A program made the position numbers and the translations under genes. Positions 16,511 to 24,506 of a stretch of DNA of 64,000 nt are shown piece by piece; position 1 is the first letter of the stretch; the number at the start of each line of letters is the position of its first letter. The notes under the pieces were generated by a model. That model did not search any database. It was not told the origin of the DNA and was given only the letters and a program-made list of their open reading frames with translations. Source of the DNA: Candidatus Saccharimonadales bacterium (lineage in GTDB: Bacteria > Patescibacteriota > Saccharimonadia > Saccharimonadales > JAGQMS01); contig JBBQBM010000001.1 in the NCBI GenBank assembly GCA_038317375.1, forward strand, positions 1,447 through 65,446, given 5' to 3'.

Positions 16511-18124
16511 GTCGAAGCCTTCGACCGCCCATTTATAAAACTCTTTGTTGCTGAGCCAAAGCGCCGTATCGCTGATTGCGAGAGTGCAGGGAAGTTTTGT
16601 GTCGTCGGTACACTCCGGAGTAAAGTTTTCGATTGTGCAAATAGACTCATCGCCAAGGACGTCGCCCATCTCACTGTTATGAAATAACGCCTCACCAAAA
16701 CGATTAATGTTTTTCTTTTCAAGATAGTCGTTTAGTCGGTATAAATCCTGGCCCCAATCACGACTCGAATCAACTAATACTGGTTGATGGCCAAAGTGCT
16801 CTAAAGTTCTGCCAATAGTGTTTTGGTACCCGATGGGGGTTCTAAGCGTCCCGATGAGTACTGGAGTGTACAGCAAAGCAAGTAAGAATATGATCAGATT
16901 CTTGAGTTTGTTATGAGTAAGTTTGGCGAGGACTATTGCTGCGGCAATATATAGAAATGGCCAAGCACCAAATACGTGCCGGATACCAATATTTATATGG
17001 CTGGTTATAGAAGTGATTACGAAGATGCTGGCAAAAGACAGCAGAATTAGCAGATTCTTACTCCGCCTATATTTGAAAATTACGAACCAAGCGGCGACGA
17101 GGTTTGCACCAATGATTACCTCGGGTAGCTTTATTGCCATACCTGTCGGAAAAAATAACAGATGCCCCTGCGTGTTGCGCATGCCATACAGATACGAGTC
17201 GTGACCCCATTGGTTGTGATGGACTAGGTTCACAAGCCCGCGGATATAGGCATAAGCCGGAACGGGCGAGTCGAAGGCCCAGGCTAGGCCGGGGTGACTT
17301 TGTTTAAAGCTTGCGGCTCCTTCAACTAGCGGATCGCTCTGAGGGGTTCTGCTTAATTCTTGGGCAAACGACGGAGCTCTGAACCCATATTGCAGCCAAA
17401 TTCCGAAGAATAATATAGCTGCGATGGCGACGAGGTGTTTTAGGATGCGTTTTTTGTTTGGCCAGTTCTTTTTTATGACAATAACCCCGGCAATCGGCAC
17501 TAGCAGTAGGCCGCTAAACTTAGCGCTAATTATTAGTAGTGTCGCTAGGGCAAAAAGCAGCAAATGTTTTCTGTCTGGTTTGGCCCAATAGTTCAAGGCG
17601 CCGAGCAAGAAGACGACTGCACCGAGGCCTAAGAATATGTCGTTGGTTATTAGATGCCCGTGCCCGTTTAGGGTTGGATCGAGAGACAGTAGCCCAGCAG
17701 CAAGTAGCCCAACCTTTTCGCTTGCTAGACGTCGACCAAGCAAAAATACGACATATATCAGTGTGACGGTGATAAGAATGCTTGGCAGGCGGCCGACTAA
17801 CAAAATCTTTCGGGCGCTAGTGCGACTGTTATAAATCAGATCTTTCCCGGCCGGCCACTGATTACCTTCGTCCCAGCCCTTAAGTTGTTTGGCCGGTTTA
17901 GTGTCGAGGGGCAAGATTGCCGTTCCGGCCAGCAGCTTAAATAGCGATGGGTGCTCTGGGTTTAGGCGGAAGTCGCCAGTTGTGACATATGTATAGCCGG
18001 AGGCTAGGTGTGCGCCTTCGTCAATTGTTTGCGAATCGCGAGTCGCCAGATAAAAGTTAATCGCAAATACAAAGGCTAAGATAACAAACAAAAGCTTCGG
18101 TATTTTTTTGATTTTGTTTTTCAT
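16460..18124 (-). CDS. glycosyltransferase family 39 (ArnT/PMT-like, lipid-carrier dependent)
   Basis: Trimmed to MKNKIKKIPKLL, because the longer ORF runs into the tRNA. Multi-TM protein with an early DEGAH..Y motif region. Confidence 0.75.
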   Translation of the reverse strand: MKNKIKKIPKLLFVILAFVFAINFYLATRDSQTIDEGAHLASGYTYVTTGDFRLNPEHPSLFKLLAGTAILPLDTKPAKQLKGWDEGNQWPAGKDLIYNSRTSARKILLVGRLPSILITVTLIYVVFLLGRRLASEKVGLLAAGLLSLDPTLNGHGHLITNDIFLGLGAVVFLLGALNYWAKPDRKHLLLFALATLLIISAKFSGLLLVPIAGVIVIKKNWPNKKRILKHLVAIAAILFFGIWLQYGFRAPSFAQELSRTPQSDPLVEGAASFKQSHPGLAWAFDSPVPAYAYIRGLVNLVHHNQWGHDSYLYGMRNTQGHLLFFPTGMAIKLPEVIIGANLVAAWFVIFKYRRSKNLLILLSFASIFVITSITSHINIGIRHVFGAWPFLYIAAAIVLAKLTHNKLKNLIIFLLALLYTPVLIGTLRTPIGYQNTIGRTLEHFGHQPVLVDSSRDWGQDLYRLNDYLEKKNINRFGEALFHNSEMGDVLGDESICTIENFTPECTDDTKLPCTLAISDTALWLSNKEFYKWAVEGFDLVDRVGGSIGIYRCHD

Positions 18125-18132
18125 TGATATTT

Positions 18133-18208
18133 TGGTGGGGGCGGTTGGATTTGAACCGACGGCCAAAGGATTATGAGTCCTCTGCTCTAACCACTGAGCT
18201 ACGCCCCC
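18133..18208 (-). tRNA. tRNA with CAU anticodon (elongator Met or Ile2-lysidine type)
   Basis: Reverse complement GGGGGCGTAGCTCAGTGGTTAGAGC..CTCATAA..GGTTCAAATCC..CGCCCCCACCA folds as a cloverleaf; CCA is encoded; C11-G24 elongator-type D stem. Confidence 0.9.
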
Positions 18209-18247
18209 GTAAAGAAAACCGATACTCGAACTTGTTCGAGTTGCTCT

Positions 18248-18338
18248 GGCAAGCTTCGCCTGCCCACAGAACTTTCATGTATGTAACAAGTTACATCCTG
18301 AAAGATTCTCTTGCGAACAGCCACGGGCTATTCTCACC
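18248..18338 (-). ncRNA. tRNA-linked multi-hairpin module, copy 3 (inverted orientation in this window)
   Basis: On the minus strand: GGTGAGAA, AGCC-CGT-GGCT, GAATCTTTC, ATGTAA-CTTG-TTACAT, GAAAGTTC, GGCAGG-CGAAG-CTTGCC. Collinear with the copies at 20111-20199 and 58675-58763. Confidence 0.45.
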
Positions 18339-18354
18339 ACTGAGCTATACCCCC
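18335..18354 (-). repeat. partial duplicate of the 5' end of tRNA 18133-18208
   Basis: Minus-strand GGGGGTATAGCTCAGTGGTG matches tRNA positions 1-20 (GGGGGCGTAGCTCAGTGGTT) at 17/20. Confidence 0.7.
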
Positions 18355-18529
18355 TCGTCGACGTGTGATGGTAAGATAACCAGTCTGCCGACAAAACAAG
18401 TTTGCTCGGACAGACTTAGTTATCTTACAAAGCCGTCTCCTCTCAAATTCGCCAATTCCCTCGCGAATTTGGTTGGGAAGTGCACGTAACAGATGAATTA
18501 TAACAGATGACGTATAATGAGATTAGGCT

Positions 18530-18973
18530 ATGCTCGATAAAATCAAAAATAATCTTGAGTCAAAAAAACTTCGCTCTTACTTTTCGCTTGGGGCGATGGG
18601 CATTTATCTAATCGCTATAGTTTCGCTCTCTGTGGCTTGGGCGAGTTCAAAGGCAATCCAACGGAACTATCAGCTCATGAAGCAGATTTCGGTGCTTGAG
18701 CAAGAGGCCGACATTGCCGAGCAAAAAGTAGCAAATCAAAAGCTCGAGAACGAATACTATAAGTCAGATGATTTTTTAGAGTTAGCCGCCAGGAGCCAAC
18801 TTAATAAAGCAGCACCCGGTGAGAAGTTGATGATTGTCCCGAAGAGTGTGGCTTTGTCAAAATTGCCGGCCGGTAGCGATCAAACAGTAGCGGTGGTTGA
18901 TTCTTCAAAAGAGAAGCTCCCGAATTGGCAAGCCTGGCTACAGTTCCTAACCGGCCGCGGCATAGAGGATTAA
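18530..18973 (+). CDS. septum formation initiator (FtsB/DivIC-like) protein
   Basis: N-terminal TM helix, coiled coil and the ..ELAARSQLNKAAPGEKLMIV motif. Confidence 0.7.
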   Translation: MLDKIKNNLESKKLRSYFSLGAMGIYLIAIVSLSVAWASSKAIQRNYQLMKQISVLEQEADIAEQKVANQKLENEYYKSDDFLELAARSQLNKAAPGEKLMIVPKSVALSKLPAGSDQTVAVVDSSKEKLPNWQAWLQFLTGRGIED

Positions 18974-19818
18974 CCTCGCTTTGCTCCATGGTTAGTTGCG
19001 TTTAAACCATTGCGCACGTGTTTTCTTAGTACTTCTATGTCGGCATGATGACTTAGCAGTTCACGTAAAACCACCGATGCCTGATGGGTGAACATGTCCC
19101 ACCCAGAAACAATCGTAAGTCCAGCTTGTTTGGCGAGTGTTATTAGATTTGTGTTTTCAGTCCCAAAGGTGACATCAGCAACTGCTTCGCACTTACTCAC
19201 GATCTCTTGTGTATAGAATGTATCATCTATGGTTGAGCCAATGCGGGATGCGTTTACTAACAAGTCTCCGGACGTATCGGCTAAATCTTCTAGCGAGCAT
19301 ACGGAAGTTACATTATCGAACTGCTCCTTAATAGCCTCTGCCGTGCTGTCCGTTCGATTGCATAAGATTATCTCACTTGGCCTATTAGTCGAGTTGGATA
19401 GGGCCATGACTAAAGTTTTAGCCACTGCGCCTGCGCCGACAATAACTACTCGCTTACCTGAAATATCGTATTTTTCAGTGATAGCCGCCAGTAAACCTTC
19501 ACCACCTTGATAGTGTGCTTGTAAGACTCCGTTTTGGTTTGTGATTATTCCTACTCTTCCGCTTACCCTTACCGTTTCTGAGCATTCGTCTACTAAGTCG
19601 GAGATATTGGAATCGTGCTCAAACCCTGCCGTGATGGCACCGCTGAGTTGTAAGTTTCGCAATCCTTCAACTAGTGGTTCTGCGGAGGCGTTGCGAAACA
19701 GCATGTACACTGCGTTTATTCCTACTTCTTCAAAGTAGGGGTTATATATGTCCAGCCCAGTGCCGTTCTTATCAGTATGCATCCTCGCGATGAGCTTAGT
19801 ATCGGTATTAATCTTCAT
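18970..19818 (-). CDS. shikimate/quinate dehydrogenase family protein (AroE-like)
   Basis: 282 aa with the Rossmann motif VVIVGAGAVAKTLV and an AroE-like N-terminal substrate domain; specificity unknown. Confidence 0.6.
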   Translation of the reverse strand: MKINTDTKLIARMHTDKNGTGLDIYNPYFEEVGINAVYMLFRNASAEPLVEGLRNLQLSGAITAGFEHDSNISDLVDECSETVRVSGRVGIITNQNGVLQAHYQGGEGLLAAITEKYDISGKRVVIVGAGAVAKTLVMALSNSTNRPSEIILCNRTDSTAEAIKEQFDNVTSVCSLEDLADTSGDLLVNASRIGSTIDDTFYTQEIVSKCEAVADVTFGTENTNLITLAKQAGLTIVSGWDMFTHQASVVLRELLSHHADIEVLRKHVRNGLNATNHGAKRG

Positions 19819-19882
19819 AATAACAGCATAACAAAGACGGGCTTCTCAAGTGTTATCAAAAAGTAATCGGTTTGCCGGTGGA

Positions 19883-19911
19883 TTGACATTTATCTCTGTT
19901 AGAGCTATAAT
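19883..19911 (+). promoter_or_regulatory. sigma70-like promoter for the initiator tRNA
   Basis: TTGACA, 17-nt spacer, TATAAT; all read directly. Confidence 0.7.
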
Positions 19912-19953
19912 TCGAGCCTACATTTGCGCCTTATTGCCTAGCAATTGTTGACG

Positions 19954-20028
19954 TGCGGGGTGGAGCAGTGGCAGCTCGCGTGGCTCATAACCACGAGGTC
20001 GCAGGTTCGAGTCCTGTCCCCGCAACCA
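19954..20028 (+). tRNA. tRNA-fMet (initiator-type, CAU)
   Basis: TGCGGGGTGGAGCAGTGGCAGCTCGCGTGGCTCATAACCACG..GGTTCGAGTCC..CCCCGCAACCA. A11-U24 in the D stem and a weak U1-A72 end pair are initiator features. Confidence 0.85.
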
Positions 20029-20037
20029 AAGAAAATC

Positions 20038-20066
20038 ACTCACCCCCGTGGTGGGTGTTTTTCTTT
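20038..20066 (+). terminator. intrinsic terminator after tRNA-fMet
   Basis: CACCCCCGTGGTGGGTG hairpin followed by TTTTTCTTT. Confidence 0.7.
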
Positions 20067-20199
20067 GGTACGGAACCAAGATTTGAAACTGCGACCGAGT
20101 AGAGGTCGTAGGTGAAAACTGCCTGCGGCAGTTTGTAAACGAATCTTCTCTTGCAAACTGGTTTGCAAAGATGAAGTTCGGGGGTCGCCGGAGGTGACC
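20067..20199 (+). ncRNA. tRNA-linked multi-hairpin module, copy 1
   Basis: GATTTGAA, CGACC-GAGTAGA-GGTCG, GGTGAAAA, CTGCC-TGC-GGCAG, AAACGAATCTTC, TTGCAAA-CTGG-TTTGCAA, GAAGTTCGGGGG, GGTCGC-CGGAG-GTGACC. Confidence 0.45.
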
Positions 20200-20209
20200 G
20201 AGTCCTGTC
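20199..20209 (+). repeat. 11-nt duplicate of the tRNA-fMet T-loop/T-stem segment
   Basis: CGAGTCCTGTC is identical to 20008-20018. Confidence 0.6.
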
Positions 20210-20302
20210 ACAGATATTTTACTGCGTAAAATTCCGCGACCCCGCCTCAACTCGGCGACATTCGTCATCCGGGCTTCCGGCCTTGCGAAAGTCCACAGGA
20301 CT

Positions 20303-20319
20303 TCCTCACCCCGCAACCA
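20303..20319 (+). repeat. 17-nt duplicate of the tRNA-fMet 3' end
   Basis: TCCTCACCCCGCAACCA versus tRNA 20012-20028 TCCTGTCCCCGCAACCA (15/17, the last 11 identical including CCA). Confidence 0.7.
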
Positions 20320-20327
20320 TGAAAAGT

Positions 20328-20354
20328 GCCCGTCCTCATGACGGGCTTTATCTT
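20328..20354 (+). terminator. intrinsic terminator
   Basis: GCCCGTC-CTCAT-GACGGGC followed by TTTATCTT. Confidence 0.7.
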
Positions 20355-20494
20355 GGTTATGCTTGCATCACAGCCTAGTTTCTATAAAACTGATAAGGTG
20401 GAAAAATCACTAACTAACCATTCGGGGTGTGTTAATGCCTCAATGGACAGAGTTGAACCTCGATCTATAAGAGATTCGCCAGCCTTACTTAATA

Positions 20495-21922
20495 ATGCCT
20501 AAACATAATTTACTAGGTGGGACTGACGGCTTCCGTGGTCATGCAACGACCGATCTGGGGCCTGGTTTAATTAACGAAGAAACCTTTGCTTTGGCAACAT
20601 ATGCCCTTGTTGAGCGGCAGCTAGAGCTAGGCCTGACCGGCCCGGTTATTATTGGTCAAGACACTCGAAAATCTGGCGATCGACTTCGTAGAGCTTCTAT
20701 TGCCGGGGCGTTGATGCACGACGTTAAGGTTTTGGATCTTCGAGTTGCTCCGACGCCTGTTCTGCAGAAAGTAGCGCTGGAGTTGGGTGCTATGGCAACG
20801 GTTGCAGTCACGGCAAGTCACAACCACCACAACGACAATGGCTGGAAGGGAATGGTCGGCAGCGACAAACCGTCCAAAGAGATAGTTAGCGATATAAGTA
20901 ATCACTATTGGAACCATGTTGAGAGTGGACTAACCGTCCCAACCGATAGCTTATATAGCGATAATCTACAATGGCCCGAACTCTTAACCTGGTACGCCGA
21001 CGAAGTAATAGCGGATATCCAAAAACAGTTTGGTGACAAGCCGTTGGCGGGTAGGTTGTTTGTGATTGACGGAGCATATGGCGCTGGTCAAACAATTACA
21101 CCAGCTATATTTAGGCGACTAGGCGCTGAGGTTGAAGAATTTTGTTGTGATGAATCGGGGAGTATAAACGACGGTTGTGGTGCTGCCGATCTCTCAGGTC
21201 TTGCGAGTTTTTTGAAGAATCGACCAGACATTACTTCGAATTCCAATTTTATCGGCGCACTTGCAAATGATGGCGATGCAGATAGAGTAATGTCGATAGG
21301 ATTCCTGAGCACAGCTAGCGGTGCTCAACTTGTTGAAGTTAACGGTAATCATGCGATGGGGCTGCACGCAATGGGCGAACCGGGCATAGTTGGAACAGAA
21401 TATACAAATAGCGGGCTTGTAAGGATGCTTGAACTGGAGGGAATAGGTTTCGAGTATTGTAAGAATGGGGATATATTCGTCACCCAGGCCCTAAGAGAGA
21501 AGCAAAGTCAGGGTGAGCCTTGGCGGAGGGGTGGCGAGTTCACGGGGCACCACGTTGACACCGATTGGCTATCAAGTGGTGACGGAGTGAGAATGGCAGC
21601 ATGGCTAGCGGCTTATGCGTCCAGCAAGGAGCTAACATTCGGTTCTATACATCAAGATATCCCACTATGGTCAGAGAGAATGGCAAAAGTTAAACTTCCA
21701 GTACCTTCTAGTCAATATGATCTAGGCGAAGATCAAATGCTTCAAAAACTTATACTCCAAACAGAGCAAGAACTCGGAGACGAAGGCCGGCTAATCATTC
21801 GTCCGTCCGGAACAGAACCACTAGTGCGAGTTTGGGGCGAAGGTAAGCAACAACATGCTATCGACAAAGCCGTACGCCGCATTGAAGAAACCATAAAGCA
21901 TAATATTGAGTCTGGGCAATGA
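20495..21922 (+). CDS. phosphohexomutase family protein (phosphoglucosamine/phosphomanno-mutase-like)
   Basis: Active-site loop TASHNHHNDNGWK (divergent from SASHNP..DNG) and metal loop NDGDADRV. Confidence 0.75.
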   Translation: MPKHNLLGGTDGFRGHATTDLGPGLINEETFALATYALVERQLELGLTGPVIIGQDTRKSGDRLRRASIAGALMHDVKVLDLRVAPTPVLQKVALELGAMATVAVTASHNHHNDNGWKGMVGSDKPSKEIVSDISNHYWNHVESGLTVPTDSLYSDNLQWPELLTWYADEVIADIQKQFGDKPLAGRLFVIDGAYGAGQTITPAIFRRLGAEVEEFCCDESGSINDGCGAADLSGLASFLKNRPDITSNSNFIGALANDGDADRVMSIGFLSTASGAQLVEVNGNHAMGLHAMGEPGIVGTEYTNSGLVRMLELEGIGFEYCKNGDIFVTQALREKQSQGEPWRRGGEFTGHHVDTDWLSSGDGVRMAAWLAAYASSKELTFGSIHQDIPLWSERMAKVKLPVPSSQYDLGEDQMLQKLILQTEQELGDEGRLIIRPSGTEPLVRVWGEGKQQHAIDKAVRRIEETIKHNIESGQ

Positions 21923-21949
21923 TATATATTCGCGTAAATAGGAGACATT

Positions 21950-22246
21950 ATGGAAATAATTAAACACGGTAATTCGGGAGTCGTAGAAGACTGGCGTGCC
22001 GACGTCACGTGTGAGCAGTTCGACCAATACGATAGAGAAGGGTGTGGAGCTGTACTTAGTATCAACGCCGAAGATTTGGTGTTGCGGTACTTCAAGGGTA
22101 CACACTTCCGCCATGACTATACGGCCATACAATGCCCAGAGTGCGATAAACATACTAGGGTCAGAGGTGTGCCCCGAAGTGTTTTGAAATTGGTCCGCAC
22201 CGAAGAGGCAATTGCAGCTGCTACATTCGACGGCTTCCAAGACTAG
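21950..22246 (+). CDS. hypothetical protein with a CPEC zinc-ribbon-like motif
   Basis: 98-aa ORF; C..C pairs (CEQF..GCG, CPECDKH); no family recognised. Confidence 0.5.
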   Translation: MEIIKHGNSGVVEDWRADVTCEQFDQYDREGCGAVLSINAEDLVLRYFKGTHFRHDYTAIQCPECDKHTRVRGVPRSVLKLVRTEEAIAAATFDGFQD

Positions 22247-22409
22247 GCTATGCAAATATGCCCAATAGTTGTATTATATTAAGGTAGTAGGTTCAGCGGG
22301 AATGGAAACATTCCGTCCAATGCGGTTGCTACATAAAGACTAAATAATTACAGAGGTCTTTGTGTAACAAGCGCATTTTTTGTTATTCAAGATTTCTAGA
22401 AAGGTAAGT

Positions 22410-22739
22410 ATGAAAAAGCAAATAGAAACAGGACCAAACACTGCTGTATGCCAGAAGTGGGAGGAGTCGGAGCAGGGGTGGGGAACGCGTCCGGATGGCT
22501 TCTCGCTACATCTTTCACTCGACGGTCTCGCAAAATTCTTAGAGAAGTATCGGGATAGAATGCCCAAAGCAGTTCCATACGAGTATTCACGTCCTTGTGG
22601 AACACCATACGAAGTTGAGGTAAGCGACAAGGTCATCGCTGAGATAGAAGCTTCAAAAAACGGCACGCAATTCTATGACGACTATGACTACCCCGGATCT
22701 GGCGGCGTTGATGGTTGGCTACCAATGAAGCGGGACTAA
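22410..22739 (+). CDS. hypothetical protein
   Basis: Trimmed to MKKQIETG after an AAAGG RBS; no family recognised. Confidence 0.5.
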   Translation: MKKQIETGPNTAVCQKWEESEQGWGTRPDGFSLHLSLDGLAKFLEKYRDRMPKAVPYEYSRPCGTPYEVEVSDKVIAEIEASKNGTQFYDDYDYPGSGGVDGWLPMKRD

Positions 22740-23302
22740 GCTGGCGCCGGGCAGGCCGCATCGGGGGAAGTAAAGTCTCTGCCGTGCCGCCATAAAAGGA
22801 CGAACTCGACATCACTATCTTCGGTCGGCCTGCCTGCTTCCCAGCAAGTTAACTCATATTCTTCATATGCATGAGGCGCATAGCCAACTGCTTCACGATG
22901 CTCAGGGCTACTGGTAGCCCTGAGGGCATCTTCTTCACTCTCCCATAAGCAAATTGACAATCCTTCCTCGAAGGCCTTGTAAAGTATAAGTCCGCCAGAA
23001 TCTCCGGCTGCGAGCAGGGCCCTACTGTCGAATGTTAATAAGGTTTTCATATCGACATTTGGGTTTCTTCTAGAGCGAAAAAAATAAGCAATAACCTTTT
23101 TCCCGATGGGTATATTAAGGTTCTCGAATTCACTAGACCAGTCAAAGCTAGTCATTGTTCGACGGTCTCTATCCTCTGGTTTTTCGTCGAACTCAGCATA
23201 GTCCTCACGCAAGGGTCTTAGTACTTCTGGGGTCGTGTGATAATTCTCGTGTGGGGTCATGATTACATCATATACCTGTCTACAGTCTTTAGTTATAAGC
23301 AA
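22736..23302 (-). CDS. hypothetical protein, ABM/DUF3291-like C-terminal fold (tentative)
   Basis: ..GLSICLWESEEDALRATSSPEHREAV.. resembles the antibiotic-biosynthesis-monooxygenase-like superfamily; start uncertain (alternative Met at 23260). Confidence 0.5.
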   Translation of the reverse strand: MLITKDCRQVYDVIMTPHENYHTTPEVLRPLREDYAEFDEKPEDRDRRTMTSFDWSSEFENLNIPIGKKVIAYFFRSRRNPNVDMKTLLTFDSRALLAAGDSGGLILYKAFEEGLSICLWESEEDALRATSSPEHREAVGYAPHAYEEYELTCWEAGRPTEDSDVEFVLLWRHGRDFTSPDAACPAPA

Positions 23303-23306
23303 AAGT

Positions 23307-24506
23307 CTATCTATTGTTCTCTAGGTGCGAGGCACTGTGTGCGATTTCATAGGCCTCATCGCAAGGGACAACTAAGACCTCTGCCGGGTGATTCTTGCGG
23401 CCGATATTTGCAACCTCGTCTTTAATTATTCCCGCATGGTTTTCTTTAGAGTCTAAGGTTAACCCTAAATAGAGTAGCTTTGAGGCTACTCGTTTCCGTA
23501 ACTCTGGGGAGCGCACACCAATGGTTCCCGTAAATACAAGGGAGTCAACACCACCTAGTGCGGCAACCATCTGGCCTATGCCTTGCTGGGCGCGGTCTAT
23601 GTACATTTCTAGTGCTAGTTTTGCGTCAATATTGTTGCTCTTCTCAAGTTCTAATAACTCCCTAACATCATCTGATAAGCCACTAACACCGAGTAGCCCG
23701 CTTCTTGTGTTTAAGAGTATCTGAAGTTTATCTTCGGTAATATTTAATCCGTTTCTGATAGCTTCAGTTGCTGCAGGATCAATATTTCCTGTCCGGGTCG
23801 ACATCATTAAGCCCTCAAGAGGTGAGTATCCCATGGTGGTGTTATAGCTTTTTCCGTCTAGGACCGCTGTTACGCTAGCGCCGCTTCCTAGGTGACAAAC
23901 AATCAGGCGTTTCGGTAATTTATCCGCGGCCTTAAGCTTCTTTACAACCGAGCCAACAGAAAGTCCGTGATAACCAAAACGCCAAATATCATGTTCCTCT
24001 GCGATGCGTTGAGAAATCGCATAACTATGAGAAATTAGTGGTTTTGTAGAATGGAAAGCACTGTCCGAGATTCCCCATATCGGTACCCCCGGAAAAGCAT
24101 CTCTTAACAGTTCTGTTTCTTGCAGAGTACCGCTTATATGAAGCGACGCCCTAGGCTCAAGCTCTTTTAAGTGGTCCATCGACGTCTTATTTAATAGCCG
24201 ATGTGTTTGGAAAAACGTTGAAGGGGCAACTATTCTGAGCCCAATGCACCCAACTTTATCACCATCACTAAATAGACCATTTGTTCTTAAAATATTAACG
24301 ACTTTTGTAGCAGCAAACGCCAGGTTACTTAATTCGGCATCGTTCGTAATGTCGCTATTATCCGAAACAGATACGGTATATATTATGCGCCCGTCACGAT
24401 GTTCAAAATGTAGGCCAGCTACTAAAGCATCATTTTCATAAAGCGCATACTTTCGACTTGCACTACCAGGGTTAGACACGAGTACTAGCTTTTTTGCCAT
24501 TGCCAA
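23307..24506 (-). CDS. ackA: acetate kinase
   Basis: 399 aa with N-terminal LVLVSNPGSASRKY, plus HLGSGASV and ..GYHGLS.. motifs of the acetate/propionate kinase family. Confidence 0.9.
   Translation of the reverse strand: MAMAKKLVLVSNPGSASRKYALYENDALVAGLHFEHRDGRIIYTVSVSDNSDITNDAELSNLAFAATKVVNILRTNGLFSDGDKVGCIGLRIVAPSTFFQTHRLLNKTSMDHLKELEPRASLHISGTLQETELLRDAFPGVPIWGISDSAFHSTKPLISHSYAISQRIAEEHDIWRFGYHGLSVGSVVKKLKAADKLPKRLIVCHLGSGASVTAVLDGKSYNTTMGYSPLEGLMMSTRTGNIDPAATEAIRNGLNITEDKLQILLNTRSGLLGVSGLSDDVRELLELEKSNNIDAKLALEMYIDRAQQGIGQMVAALGGVDSLVFTGTIGVRSPELRKRVASKLLYLGLTLDSKENHAGIIKDEVANIGRKNHPAEVLVVPCDEAYEIAHSASHLENNR

Noticed and set aside
19918-20316. 132-aa minus-strand ORF covering the tRNA-fMet locus. 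Similar ORFs lie at 18124..18489, 58461..58784 and 58604..58786 over the other tRNA loci.
   Set aside because: They read straight through tRNA genes, terminator hairpins and the conserved hairpin modules. They have Arg/Pro-rich low-complexity translations and no RBS. The nucleotide-level stem covariation explains the conservation better than coding does.
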